From: Thermocrinis sp.
GTDB lineage: Bacteria > Aquificota > Aquificia > Aquificales > Aquificaceae
Direction of reading: 5' to 3'
Assembly: GCA_020833645.1 (NCBI GenBank)
Contig: JAJHRQ010000002.1
Span: 18,280-82,279, forward strand
DNA length: 64,000 nucleotides
Shown here: in pieces, positions 40,170-50,865 of the stretch
How the letters are laid out: every line of letters begins with the position of its first letter
How positions within the stretch are numbered: the first letter of the stretch is position 1
Program-made: the position numbers and the translations under genes
Notes under the pieces: model-generated
Seen by the model: only the letters and a program-made list of their open reading frames with translations
The model's database searches: none
Told to the model about the DNA's origin: nothing

Positions 40170-41606
40170 ATGATTGAGAAAAGGCTTATTTTGGGTGGAG
40201 AGTTTGTAAAAACAGATAACCTAGTAGAAGTAAAGTATCCCTACACTCAGGAGACTGTTGCCAAGGTGTGCTTTGCTACGGAGGAGGAAGCCCTCAAGGC
40301 GGTGGAAGTTGCCAAAGAGGGTGCAAAAGAGATGGCAAAGCTTACACCCTACGAAAGGTACAACTTACTTATGAAAGCTGCCAAGCTATTGGAGGAGAGG
40401 GCTGAAGAGTTTGCAAGAACCTTGGTCTTGGAAGTGGGAAAGACCATAAGAGAGGCAAGGACGGAAGTTCAGAGGGCTATCCAGACCCTCCTCTTTTCTG
40501 CGGAGGAAGCCAGAAGAATAGGTGGCGAGGTCATTCCCATAGATGCCCATCCCAACGGAAGAGGAAAGTTTGGTTTCTATGTAAGGGAGCCAGTGGGCAT
40601 AGTAAGCGCCATCACACCCTTTAACTTTCCGTTGAACCTTTCCATGCACAAGGTTGCTCCTGCCCTGGCGGCGGGCAATGCGGTTATCCTAAAGCCATCC
40701 GAGAGGACACCTTTGACTCCTTTGATGCTGGGAGAAATACTCCTTGAGGCGGGCTTTCCGCCCTCCGCCATTTCTGTGCTACCGGGCTTTGGAGAGGTAG
40801 GCAAGGTTATAACCACCCATCCGGATGTAAGGGTTGTTTCCTTTACGGGTAGCAGAAAGGTTGGTGAAATAATAGCCAGACAGTGCGGAATAAAAAAGCT
40901 TGTCCTTGAGCTTGGCTCCAACTCCGCCATAGTTTTGCACAAGGACGGAGACCTCCAAAAGGCTGTCCAGAAAACCATCCTCGGTGGATACGCCATAGCG
41001 GGGCAGGTTTGCATCTCCGTTCAAAGGGTCTTTGTCCATGAGGACCTGTTTGAAGAGTTTCTGCAAAGGCTCTCCTCCGAGGTGGAAAAGCTCCAGGTGG
41101 GAGACCCAATGGACGAGAGGACCGATGTGGGTCCCATGATCTCTCCCGCTGAAGTGGAAAGAATTCAAAGCTGGATAGACGAGGCGTTGCAGATGGGCTC
41201 AAAGCTCATAACTGGGGGTGTTTCTTGCGGTGATAAGGTTTCTAGTGTCCTAACACCTACTGTAGTTAGCCTTGTTCCACCAAGTGCCAAGCTCTTTAGA
41301 GAGGAAGCCTTTGCACCGGTGGTGGTAGTCAATCCTTACAAAGATGTGGAGGAAGCCATCAACTTGGTCAATAACTCCGATTACGGCTTGCAGGTTGGTG
41401 TGTTTACTCAAAGTATAGACACCGCTTGGGCTTTTATAAAGGGCATAAAGGCGGGCGGAGTGCTCATAAACGAAGGTCCCAACTTCCGGGCAGACCACAT
41501 GCCCTACGGTGGCGTCAAGTTCTCGGGTGTAGGAAGGGAAGGTCCAAAGTACGCTATAGAGGACTATACGGAAATCAAGATGGTTATATTTAACATCCAT
41601 GGGTGA
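40170..41606 (+). CDS. NAD(P)-dependent aldehyde dehydrogenase family protein.
   Basis: Catalytic Cys region QVCISVQRV, catalytic Glu region LELGSNSA, NAD-binding FTGSRKVG. Confidence 0.8.
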   Translation: MIEKRLILGGEFVKTDNLVEVKYPYTQETVAKVCFATEEEALKAVEVAKEGAKEMAKLTPYERYNLLMKAAKLLEERAEEFARTLVLEVGKTIREARTEVQRAIQTLLFSAEEARRIGGEVIPIDAHPNGRGKFGFYVREPVGIVSAITPFNFPLNLSMHKVAPALAAGNAVILKPSERTPLTPLMLGEILLEAGFPPSAISVLPGFGEVGKVITTHPDVRVVSFTGSRKVGEIIARQCGIKKLVLELGSNSAIVLHKDGDLQKAVQKTILGGYAIAGQVCISVQRVFVHEDLFEEFLQRLSSEVEKLQVGDPMDERTDVGPMISPAEVERIQSWIDEALQMGSKLITGGVSCGDKVSSVLTPTVVSLVPPSAKLFREEAFAPVVVVNPYKDVEEAINLVNNSDYGLQVGVFTQSIDTAWAFIKGIKAGGVLINEGPNFRADHMPYGGVKFSGVGREGPKYAIEDYTEIKMVIFNIHG

Positions 41607-42432
41607 AGTTTCTTTATTTATAGCCTTTACTGCGGGCATCTTGTCTTTTTTGTCTCCCTGCGTTTTGCCCATTGTCCCGGGTTATCTTTCTTATCTTTCT
41701 GGGGTGGCGGGTGCGCAGGCACAACCCAAGGGCTTTAACTTCAAGGTATTTCTTGCTTCTATCCTTTTTGTTCTTGGTTTTTCCTTGGTCTTTACACTCC
41801 TTGGGGCGTCCGCCACCACTGTGGGGCAGTTCCTTAGAAGCTACCAGGACATCATAGCCAAGGTGGGTGGCGGTGTGGTGGTTTTCTTTGGTCTTCACTT
41901 TGCGGGAGCCTTTTTGAGACCGAACTTTTTAAGGGAAATTCTCGGCTTTTCTGCCTTTTTAGTAGCCCTTTACCTTTTCTCCGCCATAAGCCAAAAACTG
42001 CTCTTTAACCTACTTGGCATAGTACTGATAGTTTTGTTTTTGTATGCCTTTGGTGTTCACGAGAAGCTATACGCCCAAAAAAGGCTTGAGGTGAAAGCCG
42101 GAGGTATTCCCATCTTTGGTGCCTTTTTGGTGGGCACTTTCTTCGCCTTTGGTTGGTCTCCTTGCATTGGCCCAGTCCTTGGAAGCATTCTACTTTATGC
42201 ATCCCAACAGGAGACTGCTATGCAGGGTGCCATACTCTTGTTTGCCTACTCCATGGGCTTGGGTATTCCCTTTGTGGTGGCGGGAGGTTTACTCTCCTTG
42301 TTTTTGGGATTTGTGAGGAGCTTTGGAAGGTTCTCTGGTGCGGTGGAGCTTGTAGGTGGCTTAGGCTTGATAATTCTGGGTGTGCTTTTGACCACTGGGT
42401 ACCTTTCACTGCTTGCAAACCTCAGTTTTTAG
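41599..42432 (+). CDS. ccdA: Cytochrome c-type biogenesis protein CcdA (DsbD-like thiol:disulfide transporter core).
   Basis: Paired cysteines in TM1 and TM4 (LSFLSPCVLPIVPG and WSPCIGPVLGSIL). Confidence 0.75.
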   Translation: MGEVSLFIAFTAGILSFLSPCVLPIVPGYLSYLSGVAGAQAQPKGFNFKVFLASILFVLGFSLVFTLLGASATTVGQFLRSYQDIIAKVGGGVVVFFGLHFAGAFLRPNFLREILGFSAFLVALYLFSAISQKLLFNLLGIVLIVLFLYAFGVHEKLYAQKRLEVKAGGIPIFGAFLVGTFFAFGWSPCIGPVLGSILLYASQQETAMQGAILLFAYSMGLGIPFVVAGGLLSLFLGFVRSFGRFSGAVELVGGLGLIILGVLLTTGYLSLLANLSF

Positions 42433-42449
42433 ATGCTAAAATTCTTTAA

Positions 42450-43541
42450 ATGGCAGTCTACAAGATAGCGGTTTTAAAGGGAGATGGAATAGGTCCGGAG
42501 ATTGTAAATTCAGCCCTCAGGGTTCTGAAAAGGTTGGGAGAGCTCTCCGGTGTTAGCTTTGAGTTTGAGGAGGGCTTGATCGGTGGCATAGCCATAGACC
42601 AAAAGGGCGAGCCATTACCTCAGGAGACCTTGGAACTTTGCCTGAAGGCAGACGCAGTCCTTTTGGGTGCGGTGGGCGGACCCAAGTGGGATAACCTCCC
42701 CACATCCAAAAGACCCGAGAAGGGACTTTTGCAAATAAGAAAGGCTTTGGACCTTTATGCAAACCTCAGACCAGCCAAGGTTTATGAACCGCTCATTTCC
42801 GCATCACCGTTGAAAGAAGAGGTAGCCAGAGGCACAGACTTCATAGTAATAAGGGAACTAACGGGGGATGTGTATTACGGAGAGCCAAGGGGCATCTTTA
42901 TTGAGAACGGAAAGAGGGTGGGAATAAACACCATGAGATATACAGAAGACGAAATAAGAAGAGTGGTTAAAAAGGCTTTTGAGGTTGCCCTAAAGAGAAG
43001 GAAAAAGCTAACCAGCGTGGATAAATCCAACGTGCTTGAGGTTAGCGGTCTCTGGAGGGATATTGTGGAGGAGGAGAAAAAGAACTACCCGGATGTGGAG
43101 GTGGAGCACCTTTACGTGGATAACTGTGCCATGCAGATCGTCAGAAGACCATCCTCCTTTGATGTGATCGTTACGGGCAACATTTTTGGGGATATCCTCT
43201 CCGACGAAGCGGCAGTTATAACGGGCAGTTTGGGTATGCTACCTTCCGCAAGCCTTGGGGAAAAATACGCCCTTTATGAGCCAGTGCACGGCTCCGCCCC
43301 AGACATTGCGGGCAAAGGCATAGCCAACCCAATAGCAACCATCCTCTCCACCGCCATGATGCTGAGATATTCTTTTAACTTGGAAAAGCTGGCAAGCGCC
43401 ATAGAAAAGGCTGTGGAGCTTACCCTACAGAAGGGCTACCGAACTCCCGACATACACTCAGAGGGTTGCATAAAGGTGGGAACTGAGCAGATAACAGATG
43501 CTATAATAAACTCACTGGAGGAGATATGGGAAGGCTTATAG
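42450..43541 (+). CDS. leuB: 3-isopropylmalate dehydrogenase (isocitrate/isopropylmalate DH family).
   Basis: [19 protein letters not shown]-terminus and [27 protein letters not shown] signature. Confidence 0.75.
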   Translation: MAVYKIAVLKGDGIGPEIVNSALRVLKRLGELSGVSFEFEEGLIGGIAIDQKGEPLPQETLELCLKADAVLLGAVGGPKWDNLPTSKRPEKGLLQIRKALDLYANLRPAKVYEPLISASPLKEEVARGTDFIVIRELTGDVYYGEPRGIFIENGKRVGINTMRYTEDEIRRVVKKAFEVALKRRKKLTSVDKSNVLEVSGLWRDIVEEEKKNYPDVEVEHLYVDNCAMQIVRRPSSFDVIVTGNIFGDILSDEAAVITGSLGMLPSASLGEKYALYEPVHGSAPDIAGKGIANPIATILSTAMMLRYSFNLEKLASAIEKAVELTLQKGYRTPDIHSEGCIKVGTEQITDAIINSLEEIWEGL

Positions 43542-45016
43542 TTCTTTTTCTGCTTTTTTCCGCCGTTGCCCTCTCCCAAGACTTAAGGGAAAGTTTAAAA
43601 GCATTCTTTGAAAGGGAAGGCTATGTGCTAAAGGTAGAGGGAAACAGGATTTTGGTGGATGTGAAGGACCTTAAGAAGGGAGAGGAGCTTGTGCTTTTTA
43701 GGGAGGGCAAGGAGGTTATCCACCCAATAACCAAGCAGTCTCTAGGTAAAGAGTTAGAGAAGGTCGGAAAGGCGGTGGTGGAGGAGGTAGGACAGAACTT
43801 CTCGGTGGCAAGACTGGTAGAGGGTAAGGACATCAAGGCGGGAGACAGGGCAAGGGTGGATATAAAGAGCGTATGCTTTGAAGGTTCCGAGGAGGGTTTC
43901 TTTTTGGTTAGCTCAGTCCTTCCCAAGGTGGAAAAAGGGAAAAACTGCCAGTATGTAGTAAAAGAGTTTGAAAGGGGCTACGGCGTTGAGTTTAACGGTT
44001 CTGCAGTAGCCTTCTTTGAAAAACAGACCTTTGGTGCGCCAAGGGCGAGCTTGGATGACCTTAACCTACTGGTTAGAGGCAAGTTTGTTAAGCAACTTTC
44101 TGGACTGCCCATCTCTGCAGATGTGGGAGATGTTTTTGGGGATGGAAAGGAATACTTGGTAGTCCTTTACTCCAACAGGGTGGAGGTCTATGAAATCTTA
44201 ACTAGGGACATAATCTTAAAAGCTTCCTATCCTCTGCCCGCCGGTGTGGCGGTGTCTCTCACGACCGCAAAGGTGGACGATGACAATAGGGATTACATAC
44301 TTGTGAGCATGGTCTCCGGTGGTAAGGCAAGTTCGGTGATTTTAAAGGTGGTGGGTGGCGTCTTTGTGCCCGTGGTAAAGGATGTTCCCTATCTTTTTGG
44401 TGTCTTGGACAAGTCAAGACCGAAGGAGACCTTTTTGGGGCAGAGGTTTGAAACTGGCAAAGGTTTTGGCAACGTGGTAAGGCTTAGCTTGGAGGGAGAT
44501 AGGCTAAGAGAGACGGGCGCCTTTTTGGCACCCAGGGGATTCCGTATTGATTCCGCCTTCTATTACAAAAACTATCTGGTCTTTGTGGACGGCTCTGGTA
44601 GGCTAAAAGTCTTTGAGGGAGACTCAGAGGTTTATTCTTCAGAGGTGGGCTTTGATGGTTCTTACGCCAGTGTAGAGTTGACGATAGAAGGAAGAGGAAA
44701 CTTCGTCTTTTATCCAAAGGCGAGCGTAGTAAACGTGTTGAACTTTAACTTTGCCCTGGTGCCCAAAAACACTGCGGGGTCCATACTCAAGTTCCTTGAC
44801 GTGCTTAAGTTTTCCCGTGGTGAGCTGGTGATGTTGGGAGAACAGAAGAAGAGCCTGATCTTTTCCAAAACGGTGAGGGGAAGTGAATTTGTGGAGGCTA
44901 TCCAAGCGGTGGTAAGCACAAGGGACGGAAGGGTTTTTGTGATCACAGGGAGGGTGGGTACCATACCAGTTCAAAACAAAGGAGAGCTGTACGAGCTTGA
45001 GTTCAGGCTCCTTTGA
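43526..45016 (+). CDS. Hypothetical secreted protein with FG-GAP/beta-propeller-like repeats.
   Basis: Signal peptide [17 protein letters not shown]; repeat [15 protein letters not shown] (FG-GAP-like). No family recognised. Confidence 0.45.
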   Translation: MGRLIVLFLLFSAVALSQDLRESLKAFFEREGYVLKVEGNRILVDVKDLKKGEELVLFREGKEVIHPITKQSLGKELEKVGKAVVEEVGQNFSVARLVEGKDIKAGDRARVDIKSVCFEGSEEGFFLVSSVLPKVEKGKNCQYVVKEFERGYGVEFNGSAVAFFEKQTFGAPRASLDDLNLLVRGKFVKQLSGLPISADVGDVFGDGKEYLVVLYSNRVEVYEILTRDIILKASYPLPAGVAVSLTTAKVDDDNRDYILVSMVSGGKASSVILKVVGGVFVPVVKDVPYLFGVLDKSRPKETFLGQRFETGKGFGNVVRLSLEGDRLRETGAFLAPRGFRIDSAFYYKNYLVFVDGSGRLKVFEGDSEVYSSEVGFDGSYASVELTIEGRGNFVFYPKASVVNVLNFNFALVPKNTAGSILKFLDVLKFSRGELVMLGEQKKSLIFSKTVRGSEFVEAIQAVVSTRDGRVFVITGRVGTIPVQNKGELYELEFRLL

Positions 45017-45136
45017 ACTTTCTAAGGTTTATAAGGAAAAAATTTTTGAGCTTGATGTTAATCATAGTAGGGTCTAAGACCTACCGCTTACAATATATAG
45101 CCAAATATAGTCAAAACCTAAAAAAGGAGGTACAAC

Positions 45137-45469
45137 ATGAACTTTAGGCATGTTTTTGTTTGCGTTCAGCAAAGACCACCAGGGCACCCTATGGGTTCTT
45201 GCTCAGACAGGCAGAGCAGGGAAGTCCTGCAAAGGTTTATGGAAAAACAGCAGATGGACCCAGAGCTCTTTATGGGCTGTATGATCACACCCACCGGATG
45301 TTTGAACGCCTGCGGAGTGGGTCCGGTGGTAGTGGTCTATCCGGAGGGAGTTTGGTATGGAGGAGTTAGACCGGAGGATGTGGATGAGATCGTGGAAAAA
45401 CACCTAAAGGGAGGAGAGGTTGTGGAGAGGTTGGTAGTATCTAAGGGAAAACCACCTGGTATGTTCTAA
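45137..45469 (+). CDS. Thioredoxin-like [2Fe-2S] ferredoxin.
   Basis: 110 aa; cysteine ligands in VFVCVQQRPPGHPMGSC ... CLNACGVGP. Confidence 0.7.
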   Translation: MNFRHVFVCVQQRPPGHPMGSCSDRQSREVLQRFMEKQQMDPELFMGCMITPTGCLNACGVGPVVVVYPEGVWYGGVRPEDVDEIVEKHLKGGEVVERLVVSKGKPPGMF

Positions 45470-45471
45470 AT

Positions 45472-45504
45472 GAAGGGGCTTTAGCCCGCACCGGGCACCC
45501 CTTC
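45472..45504. terminator. Bidirectional stem-loop between convergent ferredoxin and hfq.
   Basis: gaaggggc-tttagcccgcaccgggca-ccccttc, GC-rich inverted repeat just after the ferredoxin stop, overlapping the hfq 3' end. Confidence 0.4.
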
Positions 45505-45723
45505 CTCTTCAAACTCAATCTGGAGCTTTTCTGCGGGCACTATGGTGCTTATGGCGTGTTTATAGACTAAAGTTTGTTGTCTTCCATCTTCTACAAGAAT
45601 GGTAAAGGTGTCAAAGGACCTGATCTTGCCTTGAATCCGCACTCCGTTGATTAGAAATATCGTTACCTTTACCCTTCTTTTTCTTGCAGTGTTCAAAAAA
45701 GCTTCTTGTAGCCTATATGCCAT
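45481..45723 (-). CDS. hfq: RNA chaperone Hfq
   Basis: Sm1/Sm2 motifs VTIFLINGVRIQGKIRSFDTFTILVEDGRQQTLVYKHAISTIVP; 80 aa. Confidence 0.85.
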   Translation of the reverse strand: MAYRLQEAFLNTARKRRVKVTIFLINGVRIQGKIRSFDTFTILVEDGRQQTLVYKHAISTIVPAEKLQIEFEEEGVPGAG

Positions 45724-46705
45724 AACAGTGTCCTCCAGGGATGTTTTCCATCGTTATTTCCCAAAGCCTTTCGGATAGAGAAATATAATAATCTACCTTT
45801 TCCAATTTTTCAACAAGCTCCGCATCAAAGGCAGACATTCCAAAGTAAGCACCTAAGTAGGCGCCCACCAGATAACCTATAGCGTCCGTATCTCCACCAA
45901 ACTTACCATAAGAATTCACCGCCTCAAAGAACGCCCTCTGAGGATTTTCTATATTCCTAAGGAAAATAAAAAGGGACAAAGGGAAAGCTTCCAGGGCATA
46001 GGAAGAGTTTCCGAGCTGGAATATTGCTTCCTCTAAACCGCTTCCTTTTTCCAAGAGCTCTTGGACCTTTTTTATAGCCCTTCTGTTTGCCTCATACTTT
46101 GCAAATTCCTGCAAGTGAGATAAGAGTTCAAGTCTTTCTGAATGATCTTCTAAGTTCCAGTCTCCACTCACCAGATGAGAAATAAGGGCAGAAAGCATAC
46201 CAGAGACATCGTAAATCTCTTTACTTCTGTGGGTTATCAGGCTCACAAGCCTTCCACCCTCTGCAGAAAGGTAAGGATTGTAAAAGTGAAATAGCCCCAC
46301 TACCACACTCCTTAGGGCACCCTCTATGGAGGAGGAGTAAAAGCCAGCAGACTCTAAGCTAATACCGGAGGATAAAAGGTCTATAGCGGTTAAAAGGTTA
46401 GGGTCTGGGTAGCGATGGCTCTTTTCGTCTTTACGCCACTTGAGGAGTTTCTCAAAAAAGTGATAGGGGTCTATAGCCTTTCTTTCCAAAATGCTCTCGA
46501 GCAAAAGGATGCTTATGGTGGTCTCGTCGGAGACTTCCCATGGTTCAAAGCCAACGGCGGGGCTTTTGGGATGTGGCTCCACAAAGCCCTTCACCGGACC
46601 CCCATAAAAGCTATGAACTTCCTCCTCCGTTAGGTCCTCCACGCACTTACCTATGGCATCCCCAAGGGCGGAGCCTATGATTACTGCGCTGAACTTATCT
46701 CCCAT
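45713..46705 (-). CDS. ADP-ribosylglycohydrolase family protein.
   Basis: N-terminal GSALGDAIG signature; 330 aa. Confidence 0.6.
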   Translation of the reverse strand: MGDKFSAVIIGSALGDAIGKCVEDLTEEEVHSFYGGPVKGFVEPHPKSPAVGFEPWEVSDETTISILLLESILERKAIDPYHFFEKLLKWRKDEKSHRYPDPNLLTAIDLLSSGISLESAGFYSSSIEGALRSVVVGLFHFYNPYLSAEGGRLVSLITHRSKEIYDVSGMLSALISHLVSGDWNLEDHSERLELLSHLQEFAKYEANRRAIKKVQELLEKGSGLEEAIFQLGNSSYALEAFPLSLFIFLRNIENPQRAFFEAVNSYGKFGGDTDAIGYLVGAYLGAYFGMSAFDAELVEKLEKVDYYISLSERLWEITMENIPGGHCYGI

Positions 46706-47625
46706 TAGTAGAGCCTACCCATTTTTCTTGCAAGCTCCTTCAATCTCTCTATCCTTTTTTCGGTGGATGGGTGGGTAGAAAAGAGCTCCCAAATTCCCTC
46801 GCCCTTGAGGGGGTTTTCAATAAAGAGATGGGCAGTGCCTTGATTGACTTCTGCGGGAATTTGATACACATAGTTGTGTATTTTTTCCAAAGCCCTAGCC
46901 AATGCTAATGGGTCTCCACTGATTTTAGCGCCGGTTTCATCCGCCAAATACTCCCTTGCACGAGAGATCGCCAACTGAATGATCATGGCTATTATGGGTG
47001 TGATTATGATGAGGGCTATGCTTCCTATTATGGAAAGGGGATTGTTGTTCCCTTCCTCTTCATTTCTTGAGTGTCCAAAGAGAAGCGCCCACTGAAGCAT
47101 ATTAACAAGGTAGGATATGGCTCCCGCAATGGTTGCCGCCATGGTTGCCACCAGCACATCACGGTTTTTTATGTGCGCTAACTCGTGTGCCAAAACTCCT
47201 CTTAGTTCATCCCTATCAAGGAGCTGGAGGATGCCCGCAGTAACTGCCACCGCAGAGTGACCGGGACCCCTACCGGTGGCAAAGGCGTTAGGCTGTTCCA
47301 TGGGAACAAGATATATTCTGGGCTTTGGTATGTTTGCCCTTTGGGCAAGCTCTTCCACCATCCGATGTAGCCAAGGGGCTTCTTCTTCCGTTATTTCCCG
47401 CGCGCCATACATTGCCAGCACAATCTTGTCTGAGAACCAGTAAGCTATAAAGTTCATGATACCTGCCATTATGAGGGCAATGGTCATACCCATTTTACCA
47501 CCTACCAAATTCCCTACAAAAAGGAAAAGACCCGTCAAAACACCAAGCAAAAGTACGCTTCTAATCATGTATCCCATGGGAATGCCTCCGTGGAGGATTT
47601 TTAAATATATTCTAATGTTTACCAC
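46705..47625 (-). CDS. htpX: Zinc metalloprotease HtpX (M48)
   Basis: HELAHIKNRD zinc motif; four TM segments. Confidence 0.8.
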   Translation of the reverse strand: MVNIRIYLKILHGGIPMGYMIRSVLLLGVLTGLFLFVGNLVGGKMGMTIALIMAGIMNFIAYWFSDKIVLAMYGAREITEEEAPWLHRMVEELAQRANIPKPRIYLVPMEQPNAFATGRGPGHSAVAVTAGILQLLDRDELRGVLAHELAHIKNRDVLVATMAATIAGAISYLVNMLQWALLFGHSRNEEEGNNNPLSIIGSIALIIITPIIAMIIQLAISRAREYLADETGAKISGDPLALARALEKIHNYVYQIPAEVNQGTAHLFIENPLKGEGIWELFSTHPSTEKRIERLKELARKMGRLY

Positions 47626-48083
47626 AAGTTTTTCAAGTCCCTCTCCATCTGCCTCTTTATGTCCCTTTCCCTGAGCTCCTCCCGGCGATCGTAAGTCTTC
47701 TTACCTTTTGCCAAGGCAATTTCCACCTTTACCTTTCCGTTTTTGAAATAGACCCTGAGGGGGATTATGGTAAATCCTTTCTGCTGGACCTTGCCTAAAA
47801 GCCTCAGAATCTCCCTTTTGTGCAAGAGCAATTTTCTCTTTCTAAGGGGGTCGGGGGGCTTTAGTGTGGCATACCTGTATGGGGCTATGTAGAGGTTACA
47901 GAGCCAAGCTTCTCCGTTTTCTATACGCACAAAGCTGTCCTTGAAAGAAACGGTTTGTTTGTTTCTGAGGGCTTTGACTTCAGAGCCCTCAAGCACTATG
48001 CCCGCCTCGTGCGTTTCAATGATCTCATACTCTGCCTTTGCCTCTTTGTTGAAAGCTACTGTAAATTCTTCAGTCTTTTTCAA
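47619..48083 (-). CDS. smpB: SsrA-binding protein
   Basis: IVLEGSEVKALR ... FKNGKVKVEIALAKGKK motifs; 154 aa. Confidence 0.85.
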   Translation of the reverse strand: MKKTEEFTVAFNKEAKAEYEIIETHEAGIVLEGSEVKALRNKQTVSFKDSFVRIENGEAWLCNLYIAPYRYATLKPPDPLRKRKLLLHKREILRLLGKVQQKGFTIIPLRVYFKNGKVKVEIALAKGKKTYDRREELRERDIKRQMERDLKNLW

Positions 48084-48106
48084 GGTGTTAATATTATACA
48101 GGCTGG

Positions 48107-49165
48107 ATGGAAAGGGAGAGGTTTTTTAAATACTCTGTTCTAACGAGCACCATTGGGCTTTTGATGGTAGTTTTGTATATACTCTTGCCTTTTATTAAAC
48201 CCATCCTTTGGGCTCTGATTTTCTCCTTGGTGCTCTATCCAGTGCATCAAAGACTAAAAAAGCTCCTCCCATGGGCAACTCTCTCCGCTTTAATTCTTAC
48301 TTTGCTTACCTTGCTCGTTATAGTGATACCCTTCGGAGTTTTGGGCGCCATAATCCTAAACCAAGCTGTAGAGCTCTCTGTCCATCTTTTGAACTTTACT
48401 CAAAATCATACCTACCAGCAGTATCTGAGCGATTTGGAAGCCCTGTTGAAAAAGTTTTTCCGCCAAGAGCAGGTGGATGTCTTTTTGAATTATATAAAAT
48501 CCGAAGAGTTTAGGTCTTTGGTGGTAGGAATGCTCAAGGGCACGAGCCAACAGCTACTTCAACTTTCCACAAACCTATTCACCTTTGCCCTCTCCTTTAT
48601 CTTTAAAAGCTTTATCTTCTTGCTTACCCTCTTTTTTATTTTGAGGGATGGCGAAAAGTTTGCAAGCTATATTCAAAGATTTATACCCATGCACGAAGAG
48701 GATGTTAGGGAAATTTTTGGTACTGTGTATAAAACTGTTTTGGCTACTGCCTACGGTTCAGTGGTTGTGGGCTTTGCCCAGGGATTGCTTGGCGCTATTG
48801 GTTATGCCATAGCGGGCATTAAATACTATCCTCTTTTTGGTCTTGCCACCTTTTTTGCCTCCTTTGTCCCACCCTTTGGTGCAGGTGCGGTCTGGGCACC
48901 CTTGGTGGCTTATCTGTTTATCACCCAGAGCATAAAGTCTGCCATTTTTTTACTGATCTGGGGGACGTTCATAATTTCCACCGTTGACAACATCATCCGC
49001 CCTCTTATTATGAAAATTGGCGTGCAGATACCATACATTGTGCTGTTCTTTTCCATTTTGGGGGGACTCATTGCCTTTGGCTTTGTGGGAATATTCCTGG
49101 GACCTATAATCTTTACTACGCTATTTAGCCTTTTTGTGATTTACGAAAGAAGAATTTTAAGATGA
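48107..49165 (+). CDS. AI-2E family transporter (PerM/UPF0118).
   Basis: 8-TM layout, conserved GAIGYAIAGIKYYPLFGLATFFASFVPPFGA segment. Confidence 0.7.
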   Translation: MERERFFKYSVLTSTIGLLMVVLYILLPFIKPILWALIFSLVLYPVHQRLKKLLPWATLSALILTLLTLLVIVIPFGVLGAIILNQAVELSVHLLNFTQNHTYQQYLSDLEALLKKFFRQEQVDVFLNYIKSEEFRSLVVGMLKGTSQQLLQLSTNLFTFALSFIFKSFIFLLTLFFILRDGEKFASYIQRFIPMHEEDVREIFGTVYKTVLATAYGSVVVGFAQGLLGAIGYAIAGIKYYPLFGLATFFASFVPPFGAGAVWAPLVAYLFITQSIKSAIFLLIWGTFIISTVDNIIRPLIMKIGVQIPYIVLFFSILGGLIAFGFVGIFLGPIIFTTLFSLFVIYERRILR

Positions 49166-49169
49166 ACTT

Positions 49170-49442
49170 TTAATGAATGTATAGTCTTTCTATGAGAATA
49201 ATGTATAGCCTTTCTATGAAAACTAGGATATCCTCAAAGAGCTCATTGGCGGTATCCTCTGTGTCAAGCTTTATTACAACCTTTTCCATACTGTTCGTTT
49301 GGATCACTAAGTTATTTTTTGACACACTCAAAAAAGCTATGTGGGCGTATGGCACAGCTACCCTGCGGTCTTCCTCCTCGTAGATTAGATACCTATCCTC
49401 AAGCTTTACTCCATACTTTAGATACTTTTCGCTTCTTTTCAT
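49170..49442 (-). CDS. Hypothetical protein (90 aa). Its C-terminus is encoded by a 2 x 24-bp tandem repeat.
   Basis: ORF only. C-terminal IERLYIILIERLYIH reflects the tandem repeat at 49175..49222. Confidence 0.3.
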   Translation of the reverse strand: MKRSEKYLKYGVKLEDRYLIYEEEDRRVAVPYAHIAFLSVSKNNLVIQTNSMEKVVIKLDTEDTANELFEDILVFIERLYIILIERLYIH

Positions 49443-50017
49443 TGCTTTACAAACATCGCATAAAAGCCGTAGGCGTAGGGTCCCACTTCCACCACCCTTC
49501 CTACCCTTAAACCCGCCTCTTCTAGGATCATACCCACCTCACACTCAGAATAAACCTCCTCGGGTGGTGGTCCTTTGTCCCTTTCCTCCTTCTTCCAGTC
49601 TATGAGGGCAAGGTAGCCAATGGGTTTGCTTACCCTTTCAAGCTCTTTTAAAAACTTCACTGGGTCCTCCAGCTCATGAAAGACAAAAGCCATGTATGTG
49701 AAATCTACCGTGTTGTCCGGAAGTGGAATTTGGTTCTCTTGGGACAGCAGAACCTCCACGTTTTTTAGCCCAAGCTGGCTAACTTTGTTCTTTGCATACT
49801 CCACCGCCTTTGGGCTTATGTCTATGGCATAGACCTTTCCGCTATCTGAAACCATCTTGGAAAGGTAAGGTAAATAAAAGCCTGCACCTGTGCCCACATC
49901 AAGGACTGTCATGCCGGGCTTTAACCCAAAGGATTTGAGAACCGCCTCCGGGTCAAAAAGGCTAAGCCTTTCTGGGTCGTCTAACTTTTTCAGTTTTTCT
50001 GGGTCAAACTTGTGCAT
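49439..50017 (-). CDS. Class I SAM-dependent methyltransferase.
   Basis: Motif I VLDVGTGAGFY; 192 aa. Confidence 0.7.
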   Translation of the reverse strand: MHKFDPEKLKKLDDPERLSLFDPEAVLKSFGLKPGMTVLDVGTGAGFYLPYLSKMVSDSGKVYAIDISPKAVEYAKNKVSQLGLKNVEVLLSQENQIPLPDNTVDFTYMAFVFHELEDPVKFLKELERVSKPIGYLALIDWKKEERDKGPPPEEVYSECEVGMILEEAGLRVGRVVEVGPYAYGFYAMFVKQ

Positions 50018-50031
50018 GCTAAGATTTTATC

Positions 50032-50865
50032 ATGCTCGGTATTATAGGTGGAAGCGGACTTTATAGAATGGATGGGCTAAAAAATCTCAGGGAGGTGTCC
50101 CTAAACACACCCTTTGGAGAGCCCTCCTCTCCTGTGATCTTAGGTGAGCTAAGTGGAAAGCAAGTGGCCTTCATATCAAGGCATGGGCTAAACCATCAGT
50201 ATCCTCCCTCCCTTGTGCCATACAGGGCAAACCTTTGGGCTTTTAAAGAACTTGGAGTAAAAAGGGTCTTGGCCATTTCTGCGGTGGGGGCTATCAATGA
50301 GAGGTTTAAGCCGGGGGACTTTGTGGTGGTGGATGACCTCATAGATTTAACCAAAAGGCGGGAAGACACTTTTTATAAGGGTTTTTATTCGGTGGAAGTA
50401 CAAGGAGAGGACAAACCCTCCAAGCTCCTGAGGGAAAAAAAGGTAGTTCATGTGGATATGACGCAGGCTTACTGCCCTCATATGAGAAAGGTTTTGATTG
50501 AAACCCTGGAAGAGTTAAAGCTCAGCTATCACCCTGCGGGTGTTTATGCCTGCACGGAAGGTCCAAGGTTTGAAACACCCGCAGAAATAAGGGCTATAAA
50601 GCTATTGGGTGGGGATGTGGTAGGTATGACCGGCTATCCGGAGGTTGTCTTGGCGAGGGAGCTTGGTATGTGCTATGCAAGCCTTTGTGTAGTGGCAAAT
50701 CCAGCGGCGGGCATTGCGGGCTATCGTCTAACCAGCGAGGAGGTTATTTTAATGATGAAAAACAAAGAGGAGGAGATAAAGGAGGTGTTAAGGTTATTTG
50801 TAGCAAATCTCCCAGAGGAGAGATTATGCAAATGTGAAGAATCTTTGGAAGGGGCGGAGGTCTAA
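50032..50865 (+). CDS. mtnP: S-methyl-5'-thioadenosine phosphorylase (PNP/MTAP family).
   Basis: [12 protein letters not shown]-terminus and [13 protein letters not shown] motif. Confidence 0.7.
   Translation: MLGIIGGSGLYRMDGLKNLREVSLNTPFGEPSSPVILGELSGKQVAFISRHGLNHQYPPSLVPYRANLWAFKELGVKRVLAISAVGAINERFKPGDFVVVDDLIDLTKRREDTFYKGFYSVEVQGEDKPSKLLREKKVVHVDMTQAYCPHMRKVLIETLEELKLSYHPAGVYACTEGPRFETPAEIRAIKLLGGDVVGMTGYPEVVLARELGMCYASLCVVANPAAGIAGYRLTSEEVILMMKNKEEEIKEVLRLFVANLPEERLCKCEESLEGAEV

Noticed and set aside
45017-45136. Intergenic hairpin gtagggtctaagacctac upstream of the ferredoxin as a small RNA or riboswitch.
   Set aside because: Short, single imperfect stem, no flanking conserved structure. 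More likely a weak terminator or operator for the upstream gene, and not supportable.
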